This document shows, piece after piece, positions 1-11,547 of a DNA stretch of 64,000 nt. The stretch is from Marsupella aquatica (Eukaryota; Plantae; Marchantiophyta), in NCBI GenBank assembly GCA_973895155.1, contig OZ316895.1:990435-1054434 (forward strand). Direction: 5' to 3'. Within the stretch, counting starts at the first letter, position 1. The number at the start of each line of letters is the position of its first letter. The position numbers were made by a program, and so were the translations under genes. The notes beneath the pieces were generated by a model, which was not told the origin of the DNA, searched no databases, and saw only the letters and a program-made list of their open reading frames with translations.

Positions 1-120
1 GTGAAGGGCCTTGAGGTGCACATTAAACAATTGAGCTTTGTCAAAGAACCTTGCCCATGGTTTTCATGGCTTTAAGACATATACTTGATGGACCCCCTAG
101 TGGAAAACCTGCAGTGAGGC

Positions 121-375
121 AACATGCCCCAACTTTCCATCTATTACAGTCTGGACCACATCCCAAATTCCATAAGTTGAGTTCTTATGTGGTGCCTTTT
201 TGTGACATTCACCATTTCAGACTTGCCATGTCAATTGCACAAGGCTTGAACATGCCCCAACTTTTCATCTATTACAGTTTGGACCCCCATCCCAAATTCC
301 TTAGGTTGACTTCTTGTGTGGTGCCTTGTTGTGTCGTTCACCATTTCAGACTTACCATGTCAGTTGCACAAGGCG
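121..375. repeat. Two-copy tandem duplication, ~128-bp unit
   Basis: AACATGCCCCAACTTT...GCACAAGGC occurs starting at 121 and again at ~249 with scattered substitutions. Confidence 0.8.
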
Positions 376-649
376 CTAGCATAGTAAAGCTTACCAGGGT
401 CAATGATGCTCCGTACGTACGCTACCAAGTCTACGACAGGAAGCACTATTTACGATCACGTAATGTCTTCTTGTGAAAACATAATGGATTATCCAATGGA
501 TTATGTCTACGGTTTGTTTTTGTCTGGTAGGACTAGGCAAGTCACAAGCATTGGGATTGAATGACAAATCCACCAAAATCCACATTGACCCTACTCCAAC
601 TGCCCACATAGGAGCCTTCCTATTTTCACCTATGGCATTGTTAGAGATT

Positions 650-998
650 TCTCAAGTCCTTGTATGGATTGAAGCAGTCTCCCAGACAATGGAACAAGCG
701 ATTTGATGATTTCATGTTTGCTCAAGGTTTTACAAGGATGGTGTATGATCCTTGTGTGTATACAAAATCAATCAAGAATGATGTATTTGGTTTCATCATT
801 CTAGTTATCTATGTGGATGACATGTTGATTGTGACTAAAGATCAATCTGAGGTTGACAATCTCAAGGCAAAATTGAGTGTTGAATTTAGGATGAAAGATC
901 TTGGTAAGGCCAAGAGGATCTTAGGGATGGAGATTTTTAGGAACTCTGAAACTGGACAATTGTGTTTGAGTCAAGGCCAGTATGCAAGGAAAGTTCTT
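650..998 (+). pseudogene. Ty1/copia reverse transcriptase fragment (near-identical to 3521-3868)
   Basis: Translates as LYGLKQSPRQW...YVDDMLIV...MKDLGKAKRILGMEI. The DNA is almost identical to the RT of the downstream copia element. Confidence 0.9.
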
Positions 999-1022
999 AC
1001 ACGGTTTCCAACGGGTCAGTGT

Positions 1023-1586
1023 TGATGGGAAATGAAATCCCAAGTCAATGTCATGACATATGGTATCGTAGCCATAGTGTATCGAAAACATACAAGTCAC
1101 CGGCAATGCATATGTGCAAGCTGCTAGCAACCAACATGCATAGAAAAAGTCCAATCACATTCCCAAGTGCCAAGAAAAAGCAACTGAGGTGGTATGTACG
1201 TAGTGGAGGTGTAAACCTCTGTATATAAAAGGCGTAAGAGAAACAATTGTACTGAAATCGAATCAAAACCGGCAGGATGCCAAGATCGGCCGGGAGCATC
1301 TAACAAATCACTGTGTGAATCTCGTGTACGAAACCGACGAGCACTGTCTGAGCTCTGTCAACAGCGATTCAAAAAGAACTGAAAAACCGACAAAGAAAGA
1401 CATGCCCTAAGTAGATCAAGTCAAGGCGTCACACTAACAAGCACGTTTTGCTTCAAGAACGGCCCAGACTTGCTACAAGAACATGACACTAACTCAAGTA
1501 GTACACTAGCCCTAACTACATACCTAGCGGGCATGCGAGGGACATGCCGATGTGCACAAGCGGCACTGTCCCTCGGCATGACATCA
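1023..1586. mobile_element. Possible solo LTR or LTR-like insert between two copia fragments
   Basis: Non-coding. Bounded by inverted TGATG (1023) and CATCA (1586), with a TATATAAAA at ~1222. Flanks AGTGT/AGTTG form only an imperfect TSD. Confidence 0.35.
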
Positions 1587-1587
1587 A

Positions 1588-4500
1588 GTTGTTGGACTTG
1601 GATCTGTAAGATTTCAGATGTTTGATGATGCTGTGAGAACGTTGAGGAATGTGAGACATATTCCCAGCATGATGAAAAATCTCATTTCACTTGGAGTTTT
1701 AGAAGCAAATGGCCATCAGTGGAGTTCTGCTAATAGTGTCCTTCAAGTTTCAACTGGTACTAAAGTTGTATTGAAGGGAAAGAGACATAGCAATCTATAC
1801 GTTTTGGAGGGCAGTGTAGTCTATGATGAAGCCAATGTAACCTTATCTCATGAGGAGACGGCCCGGCTGTGGCACTTCCGTTTGGGCCACATGAGTGAAA
1901 AAGGTTTGGTTATTCTTCAGAAGAAAAGATTACTTTCTAATTTGCAATCTTGCAAGTTGAAATTCTGTGAGCATTGTGTGCTTGGGAAGCAGCACAGGAA
2001 ACCCTTTAGAGTTGGAACTCACACCAGCAAGGAGGTACTTGAGTATGTACATAGTGATGTGTGGGGTCCAGCCCTTACTCCCTCACATTTTGGACGATTA
2101 TACTATGTCCCGTTCATAGACAATTACTCAAGGTATGTGTGGATATACTTTCTACATAGTAAGTCTGATGTTTTTGCCACTTTTAAGGAGTGGAAAGCCC
2201 AAGTTGAAAATCAGACTGGTAATAAGGTGATATATCTTCGATCGGATAACGGCGTTGCATATAGTTTCGGGGAATTTGGAACATATTGTAAGGAGCAAAG
2301 GATTACCCGTCATCTCACAACAAGTTATACTCCTCAGCAGAATGGTGTTTCTGAGATACTCAACCGAACACTATTGGACCGCTCGAGGAGTATGTTGAGT
2401 CAATCATGCTTACCACATGAGTTTTGGGCTGAAGCTGTCAACACTACAGCTTATTTGGTAAATTTTCCTCCATCCAGTTCTATTGGATTCAAGACGCCAT
2501 TTGAAATGAGGTACGCGCGTCCAACAGATTACTCACATCTAAGGATTTTTGGATGTGATGCTTATGTGCTTACACCTTCCCAGCTTCGATCCAAGCTGGA
2601 GTCCAAGTCGAAGAAGTGTATTTTCCTTGGCTATCAGAAAGGTGTAAAGGGCTATAGGTTATGGGATCCAGTAACCTGTAAGCTAATTGTCAGTAGAGAT
2701 ATGTCCTTTAATGAATCCAGATCATCAAAGGAGGGGGAGAGTTCTCAGGACTCCCATACTGACAAGGGGAAATCTCCCATCCCGGACCAGGTTGAGGGGG
2801 AGATTAGTCATGATGCTGTTCATGACAGGAGAGATGGAGAAGCTCCGGGCTTGGAGCTGGTTCCTGTGATGGAACAAGAGGAGCAAATTGTTGCTCGGGT
2901 ACCTCAAATTCAACCAGCAGCAGCAAATTAGCATGAGTCATCTACTAGAAGAACTTCCAGTTGTTCTACTAGAGCTCCTACCAGGTATGGTCAATGGGCA
3001 AACTCATCTAAGCTAAATGATATTGACATTGCACCTGATGAAGATGACATGGCTTTGATCTTAGAAGAAGGAGAACCGTCTTCGTACAGCGAGGCTTGTG
3101 CTTCAGAGCAGAAGCATGAGTGGAATGCAGCAATGCAGAGGGAGTTGCAATCTTTGAGTGTCAACAAAACATGGGAGTTGGTGGAGCTTCCAAGACGTCA
3201 GCAAGTGGTGGACAGCAAGTGGATTTACAAGTTGAAGGACAGTCCTTCAGAGGGTGGAGATAAGATCTACAAGGCAAGGCTTGTTGCCAAGGGATTCACT
3301 CAAGAGAAAAGAGTGGATTACAATGAGGTCTTTTCATCGGTGGCTAAGTATTCCACAATTTGGATCTTGTATTAGCTTGTTGTGTTTTTTGGTCTGGTGA
3401 TGAATCAGATGGATGTTGTTACTACTTTTCTCTATGGCAACTTGGAAGAGTTGATCTTCATGAGACAGCCACAGTTAGGCTTTATGAAGAAGAGCCAAGA
3501 GAACTTAGTTTGCAGATTGCTCAAGTCCTTGTATGGATTGAAGCAGTCTCCCAAACAGTGAAACAAGCGGTTTGATGATTTCATGCTTGCTCAAGGTTTT
3601 ACAAGGATGGTGTATGATCCTTGTGTGTATACGAAATCAGTCAAAAATGATGTATTTGGTTTCATCATTCTGGTTATCTATGTGGATGACATGTTGATTG
3701 TGGCTAAAGATCAATCTGAGGTTGACAGTCTCAAGGCAAAATTGAGTGTTGAATTTAGGATGAAAGATCTTGGTAAGGCCAAGAGAATCTTAGGGATGGA
3801 GATTTTTAGGAACTCTGAAACTAGACAATTGTGCTTGAGTCAAGGCCAGTATGCAAGGAAAATACTTGCACTATTCAACATGGAAAACTGTAAGCCAGTG
3901 AGTATTCCTTTAGCTTCACATTTCAAGTTATCATCGGCTTTCTCTCCTATGGATGCTGTGGAGAGGTCTGATGGCTAAGATTCCTTATGAGAAGGCAGTA
4001 GGCAGTGTGATGTATTTGATGACTTGTACTAGGTCTGACTTGGCCCTAGCGATGGACAAGGTTAGCAGATTCATGTCAAATCCAGTGAAGGTACATTGGG
4101 AAGCTGTGAAATGGATTCTCAAGTATGTGAAGGGAACACAGGACTATGGATTACTATTTGATAACATATCAGATAGAACATTAGTTGGCTATATAGATTC
4201 TAACTATGGAGGCTGTTTGGATACAAGGAGGTCTACAACTGGGTTTGTATACACTCTTGGAGGAGGATGTATCAGTTGGAAATCTACCTTGCAGAAGTGC
4301 ATTTCTCAGTCTACTACAGAAGCAGAGTATGTTGCAGCAGCAAAAGCAGCAAAGGAAGCAATTTGGTTAGATAAGTTGATCGCGGAGATGGGTTTAGAGC
4401 ATGGCAAAATGACTCTAAACTGTGATAGTCAAAGTGCTCTTCACTTGACTGCTAACCAGGTGATGGATAGCAGGGTGAAGCACATTGATATCAGGTATCA

Positions 4501-4735
4501 TTTTATCAGGCAAGCAGTGTCTGATAAAACTTTTGAGCTAGTCAAGATTGATGGAAAGCTAAATCCCGCTGATACCTTTACAAAAGTGATTCCTTTGGAA
4601 AGTTTCTCAAGACACCGTGCTACTTTGCAGGTTTTGCAGTTATTGTACAAGTACAATTATTTAGCAATGTGTGACTATTTGTATATGGATTACTCATTCC
4701 CATTTGGCTATGGCTTAGTTCTAGTTAACCCTTAG
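1588..4735 (+). pseudogene. copia pol polyprotein (integrase-RT-RNase H) with stops and frameshifts
   Basis: ORF pieces 1618-2931, 3049-3375, 3583-3978 and 3953-4735 are collinear segments of one pol. Confidence 0.92.
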
Positions 4736-4852
4736 TTAACCCTTGTGGTTTTTAGGGGGAGACCTGGTTTGGTGATTGTCTAGAACTTCCCGCTGAGGAT
4801 TCCATATGGTAGCATTTAGTCCAATCCCCAAGACAAGAGTGAAGGGGGAGTT

Positions 4853-5196
4853 TGTTAGATATTGCTCTAGTCTTGTGACTCATGAGCTAACCACAGTTAG
4901 TCTAACTCGGGTTAGGACTTAGCTAATGTTAGCGGTAGTGCTGTTGTGTATATAGCCAGGGCTGATGCCAGACCCTGGTGGAACTTAGGCTCATTGTTAC
5001 GGAGCTAGTTCAGAGATAGGGAGAGCTTGTGCTGTGAATGCTTGGTATGGCCGGTCGGCCTAGAGTTCAGTAAAGCTCTTGTGTGTTCCCGTGGACGTAG
5101 CCTCATGTGGAGGTGAACCACATATCTCTCTGTGTTGACTCTTGTGCGTTGGATGGTTCATGGGCTTGCCGTTGCGAATGTCGTCTATGCTCAACA
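4853..5196 (+). repeat. 3' LTR of the copia element (~344 bp)
   Basis: Starts TGTTAG 2 nt after the PPT and ends CTCAACA. Contains a TATATA box and the copia-type U5 motif CCCGTGGACGTAG...GAACCAC. Confidence 0.8.
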
Positions 5197-6705
5197 GCAT
5201 TGAATTGTTGTTGTAACCATGCCTCAGCTACAATGCGTAAAACCTAAGGATCGATCTCGAATGAGCCATTTTTCCTGTAGCATACAACTTTTCCTTCCAT
5301 AAGACATTAATTATATATGTTCTCACTTTGCGCTTTAGTAGAGGCAGACATTGCAATATTGGCCGGCCCTCAACTTTCATCGGTTCATTGCCTGTTCACA
5401 AAAGTGTATGGTTCACCGTCACTGCCTAACATTGCACCATAGTTTACAATGTACCGGGTTCTGGTTCTACAATGGAGGTCTGCATCTTATAAGCACCTTG
5501 ACAAGAACATCTGACGCAAAAGTGTCAAGGGCTGGGGTCAATACCCTAAGGAAAGATTTGTACAGGCCCATCACTCCAGGTTTTCTAGCCAAGGGGTCCA
5601 TCAAACATAATTATACCTCCTGGGTTTAGTTGTTTTTGCCCCTTTACTGGGTCTCTTGCAGTGTTTCCTTCCTGCGCAAAATTTGGCACATTTGCTACCA
5701 GGTAAGTGGCTAGAGCTCTTGTAGCAAGGTGATAAAGAGATAAATGACTATTTACTCCTTAACAACTCGATTTTGTTCCGATTAGGAGTGGATGAGATCA
5801 AAAAGACCAAATTATCATAATTTGATAAGTTTTTACCAACATTCTCTAGGTTGGAGAGATTTCTAATGATCTTCTTAACATAAGTGTTTAACCACAACTC
5901 AAGTGGGTAATCCTTAGGATTCATAGTGCAATAATAAAGACTAGAATTAACAAAGATTAAAACTAGAGGGAGAGTAGATAGGAGGTTTCAAATGCAAGGG
6001 AATTGAATTTTTGATCATCACCACTCCTTCAATAAGGATTATGGCATAATTTAAGATTCAGAAATCAACATTTTCTATGCTTTTTGATTTTCTCGTAGCA
6101 ACTCTTCTCCATCTATTGAATTTAGAAGACATGAATGTAAATCAACCCAGGACACTTTTCTGGTCTTGTTGAGGACGGTACTAGGATACTCGAATTGGCT
6201 TACTTCTCCTACAATCCTTAAGATTGCTTGTTTGAGTTTTGTGCAAATATCAATTTCCTCTTTGGTGAATCTTCCAAATGTATTGGTCACAAACCTCATT
6301 GATCTTCCAATATCATTAAGGCACACTCTAGCATTCATCGAACACTTCACAACAACTCAAGGGTTGCTAAACTTCTTCCTTTTACTCAACCATGGTAAAA
6401 AGAAGGGAAAAAAAGGCATAGATTCCTTCAAAGGCAATGAGGAAATCAAATGTATATTTTCTCTCCCTCTTTGACTTTGAGTTCTCCTCCTTTTATACTA
6501 AAAGAGTGAATTATGAAAATACATGCCTTTTCAAAACTCAAGTCTAAAGGAATATGTAAACAAATGTAAGCTACCCTAGTCAAAAATGGAGTAGAGTCTC
6601 CAATAACTACATAAATAAAATACTGGAGTCTACTTACTCATATACTAATCTATATAGCTATTTCTAGGTCTAAACTAATATGGCTCAAACTCTCTAAATA
6701 TAACT

Positions 6706-8447
6706 CTATTCTGGTCCTAGCTTTTGGGAAGGAACCTCCTCAAGGTTAGCCATGGCAATGGGTTCTGGTCGAAGGAAAACTCCTTGCTGGCCAGTGGTAA
6801 AAGGGATGGACGGGTCAATATCCATGTTCTCCTGATGGGCACTTGGGTCATGAGAATAAGTGTAAGAATGGGAGTGGAAGTGTGTACTGGGAGTGGGGAA
6901 ACCAGGAGGGTTGAGGGGTGATGAGGGGCCAGTGGAATAGACTCCTTCATGAGGACTAGGAGAGAAAGATCTGGTAGTAAAGGGAGGAATCTCAGTATCA
7001 GCTAATAGCTCCTCTGTAGTCAAGTCACTCATCTCCCTTAAGGCTTCACAGGTCTTTGAGAGACCCGTAAGTGCATCATCCACCTTGGCACTCACATCTA
7101 CCACTAAATGGTTAATCTTGGAGAAAAGGATGGGTGTGGTGTTCTTGGCCAAATACTCATCATAAATTTGGGCCTTAAGAAGATCCAGAGAAGCTATCTT
7201 AGTCAAAGGCTCAATCAGATCCAAAGATTGAGTGATACTGAGTTGGAGAGTATGCTGAAGCTCATTCTTCTTCGTACTCCTTTCCAACTGTTGTTTGAGT
7301 TCAGATACCTTCTTCTTGAGGAACTCATTCTCCTTCCCCAACTTCCTCTTATCTGTGGCATCACTCATGGTGGAGATCTTTTCAAGAATCTGCCTTGGTT
7401 TCACTCCTAACTTTTGAGAAATATCAGTGATGACCTTCTCCATCACAGTGGTCTTCCTCTTCACCTTCTGGAATGTGTCTGAGATGATCTGGAAATCAGC
7501 TAGGGTGTCTTGGGAGGCATGGCCGGGTGCATCCGGAAATTCAGCCGGGTCGACGAAGGCCGGGTCGGCAAAGTCCGGGTCGAGGTTCCGGGCAGCAGAC
7601 CGGGTCTTTCGAGGATTTGTCTCTGCTGGTTCCTCATCCTCATTGTCATCAGAGGTGGCCTGGGTGATATCTGGATCTGCCTCTCCATACTTTATGAAGT
7701 TGAACTTGGCCAATAGTAATTTCTTCTCCTCTCTAAACAAGACTCCTTCAAAGCTATATAGATGTACCAGGTAGCAGGAGAGGGGAGTAGGACCCTTATT
7801 GGATAGGTTCTGTACCAACTTCCTTATCAAATCAAAGATAAGCTTAGCCCAGTTGACTTTTCTTTCTCCCTTGTAAGCAGCAACAATGGTAGAGCCAACT
7901 CCAACAGTAACTCTTCTTGGCTTCTCAGGATACAGCAGGGGTAGCAGGAAGCTGAAGACTCGTTTCAAATCAGGATCCAAACACTTAGAAACATTAACCC
8001 GTCCTTACTGTTGATGGCTCCTTTGAAGTAAGGAAGGATTAGATTGACAACTCTCCCCACTGGACCTTCTCCTTCATCCTCTAATACAAAAGCTCCTGCA
8101 ACCATCATCTGAGTCCATCGCTCAGGTCGGCCTCTGGAGGTATCCTTAAACTCAGCCGGACACTCCTTGGATCGGATCTCTCTGATCATATCTTCGCTCT
8201 AATAACTCCAGGGTAGCTCCATCAGAGACTCATAGCCCATCCTGAGCAAAGACTCCCTCAATTTGACCTTCTCAGCTTCACTGTCCGGAATAGCTGGCCT
8301 CAGAATTTTCATGGCAATGGGGACCTCCTTTCTCTTTGATCGTCTCACAGGGGCTTTAACCGGAGTAGGTGCAGGTGATGTTGAGGTTGAATGCCCCTTA
8401 GAAACGTGAGAAGTGGACATTCTAGCTGGATCCGCCCCTTGCTCCAT
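6706..8447 (-). pseudogene. Retrotransposon accessory ORF (probably Ty3/gypsy Tat-type) with a coiled-coil C-terminus; one stop and one frameshift
   Basis: 8447-8199 is in frame with 8189-7965 across a TAG, then frameshifts into 7980-6706. Motifs RGRPERW, FLLPLLYPEKPRRVTV, RKVNW and TPLSCYLVHLY recall multi-copy TE-associated proteins of bryophytes (from memory, not searched). Confidence 0.55.
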
Positions 8448-9956
8448 AGGATTGCTGGAAGCAACAAATTGATTTCCAATAAATGACCTGCCTCCTCTAC
8501 GGCGAGCTCTACAATTCTGCAACTTCAGAATGTTCAATCGCTTCAGTGTCGACCAATGGTACAAATGTCCGGGTCGACCTGGCCACAGCGTTTCTGATCA
8601 ATTGACAAGCTTTTCTGGAGAAGTGTATCAAGATTCCGTCAACCAAAATACAGGTGCATCGAACTTGGGGAAAAGCTAGACTCAATCGGGCCTGCAATGG
8701 TGATGTCCGGGTCGACCTGGCCTCCCTTCTCATAACCGATGTATCCACGATCAGGATCTCAAACTTCCTGCCTTCCCTTCTAGCGGTGGAGTAGGCATTC
8801 CCCTCACAACGAATCAGTCAGTACCCTCATATCCAGGCTCTCATCATGCAATGCAAGATTGGTCCTATAATCCGGACCCAAGATCCTCTACCAAAAGGGT
8901 AGAGCCTCCTCACTCTACTGCTTAAACAGCCTAATGCGCTCGGGAGCTCAAAACCTACTAAGTTCGGCTTTGAGAGGTGTGAGAGGCCGGATCGACTCTC
9001 CTTCCTTATATCCGGATTCTGCTGTGGTCGTGCCTGTGTTTGACTTATGGTTTTAAAAACTTTGGCAATGGACAGTTGTTGTTCAATAGAGTCGCGTTGT
9101 AAGATTTTATATCTCATCACGGCTTATAGTAAAAAGTTCTGGGTCGATCCTCTTTCTCTAATATCAATCCGGGTTGACCTCAGATGGGCTTGAAAGTCTC
9201 GTACCACTTCAAAGTAGTCTTTAGGTCCTTTTTAGCCTCATTTGAGATCTTAAACGTAAATATTCTAAAATTTATGGTTAGTTAACCCTTCTTTCATAAA
9301 CATCCTTATCTCACAGCTCTATACAAAGAGGTTTTTACAAAAGTTTTGGTCATTATTTGCCAAAATGAATGGTCCAGATTTGACTGTACATAGATCTAAC
9401 GGTCATAACGTGACCTACAAATGTTTCACTAAGTGTAGGCTTCTCAGCTTGCCATAAGTGTCATGCCCCTGAATACATGTGCAAACCTTGGTCTCCTGCC
9501 TTTGTGATCTTCTCATGGTCTACAACATATTGTTCTTTGCCAACATGATATATATGAGTCTTGTGTGAAAGTTTCTACATTTCTGCCATTATGCTTTACA
9601 GTGATGTATATTTACATCTTGTACTTAATTTGTTGAGCTGAGAATTCATACATGGAAGAATTCATTCATCTTGAACTGGTAGAGAGCTTGAATGCCCATT
9701 GTTTAAATGCTAAAAGAAACGATGACAAAAATTATCATGCATGATTATATTTTTGACATACATAAATCCCATGGTTCTTTCCATCCAGACAAATTTTGAT
9801 GGGGCTCTAGAGTGTTCTAGAGTAACAGTCTAGAATTTCACTCTAAAAGCCTAGACCCTAATTCTAGCTTCTCATTGCAAGTTATTAGTAAGATAATGCC
9901 ACCGAAGCAAGAATTTGATGAGTCAGGTTTCACCATTAGTACAATAATGCCACCAC

Positions 9957-10184
9957 CCCGATGTAACCTGATGGGCAAGTTGACGTCTTGCCTGGCACGG
10001 AAAACCATAAAACGGCGGCCCAAAACAAGGCAATTTGATGTATATTCGCATTGATTCCCCGGCAATTCCCGAGTCTTCCCACGGACCCCCCCCCGCCCCC
10101 CCCCCCTCCCCCCGACTCCCCCGGACCCTCCCGACCCAGCCCGGCTTTCCCGACCCCCAATATGCCGGGCAAGGCCAAACCAGG
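9957..10184. mobile_element. 228-bp non-autonomous hAT element (MITE), same family as 47420-56869
   Basis: Perfect 8-bp TSD GCCACCAC (9949-9956 and 10185-10192). Ends resemble those of the large hAT: TGATGGGCAAGTTGACGTCTTGCCTGGCACG vs TGACGGGCAACTTGTCGAGTTGCCCGGCACG, and TGCCGGGCAAGGCCAAACCAGG vs TGCCGGGCAAGTCCAAACCGGG. Confidence 0.8.
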
Positions 10185-11547
10185 GCCACCACTGCAAGAA
10201 ACTAATGAATCTATCTTGCTGAGTCAGGTTTCATCGTTAGTAAGATAATGCCACCACAGCAAGAACTGATGAGTCAGGTTTCTACTGGTAATATCAATTG
10301 CAAACGCAGGAATGGATAAGTGGGATCACGGAAGACAGTTTTGTAGGTTAATATGGATGATGTGAGGACCGATCCTCTGCTTGTAACCGTTCTGTAATCT
10401 GTAACCTGCTTCATTTCACATGGAGAAGCATTTTTCTGTAGGCAATTTGTTGGAAAGTCCAGCAGAGCAAGGCAATTTTTGGGAGAGGATCAGTTGTTCG
10501 ACAGTCTGTTAAATGTCAAGTTATTCACGTTGTTGAATAGAGGTGTATCGAAGATAAAGTGTGCGGTAGGTTTTCTATGTTTCCACACGGATGTCACACA
10601 CCTCATATATTTTCCCTAACGGGTGAAACTCAACGCCAAGAGAGGTCCTGGGACAAATGTCTTTCTACCCACACTCAAGGCTAAATGCAAGTGAGCGGTT
10701 GGGGATGTTTACAAAAAAACAGCACTTCCTTACAGTCGTAACCACTTAAGAGAGTAAGCGGGGCCTAAAATCATACCAAGTGCTGTGTTCAATCGAGCTG
10801 TGTCTAAACAGGTCTAATTGGACTCATTTGAATTATTGAGCAGTATGTTGATTTTCTTAAAATCTTCTGTTGCTAGTATGTTCTTCATCGTCATGTATCT
10901 CTAGTACACTGGACTCATATCTACTCTACGATATTGATGAAGAAGAACAGCCAGCCAAAGCTTTTGACTGAAGTTGACTTAGTTGGTTCGCGACCACGTT
11001 ATCACAACGATCCAGACCATAGCCTGACAATTATGAACGTTTGGTTTGGAGTATCCCAAACCAAATTCTGATAAACCAAAATTCATTCAAAGGAAATTAA
11101 GTACTGGACAATCTGTCAAACTGATTTAAATATAGACGTTTTACAATATCTCCAAAGAATTAGGGTTCAGTGCAACAGCAGTACTTACAAACTTTAGGTT
11201 TTCGGCACTGAGTCGAAAATATTGTCAGGGTACATTCAAAGATTCAAGGCTAAAAAGCGCAAGCGCTACTTACAGGCTTAACTATCTTAGGTCACCGGAA
11301 TCCACCCTATGTACATCTATTTCTACGGATGGCATCCCATGGAAAGGAAAATAAAATTGCCCAAAGTTTAAATGCAAACCCTCATATGATCTCCAAAGTC
11401 CAACCAGCACTTGGGTTGGGTATGATAGCATCGGGAGTGCCGGATGCAGAAATTTTCTACAGAAGTGTCTTCTTTTAGGTGATGAGAATACTTCTCAATC
11501 GAATGCAGTTTCTGGGCTCAAGTCATCCCCAATCAGTTCCTTCACAC

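Larger units (their letters stand above)
1587..5196 (+). mobile_element. Ty1/copia LTR retrotransposon (Tnt1/Tork-like), 5'-truncated and degenerate
   Basis: Domain order is protease end, GAG-pre-integrase (LWHFRLGHMS, CEHC), integrase (HSDVWGP, LRSDNG, PQQNGVSE), RT (KARLVAKGF, YVDD), RNase H (STTEAEY, CDSQSA, KHIDIRYHF, NPAD). PPT GAAGGGGGAG at 4841-4850, then the 3' LTR. Confidence 0.92.

Noticed and set aside
9880-10285. CTGATGAG repeats resembling a hammerhead ribozyme core
   Set aside because: There is no stem II followed by GAAA on the same strand. It is a short local repeat split by the MITE.
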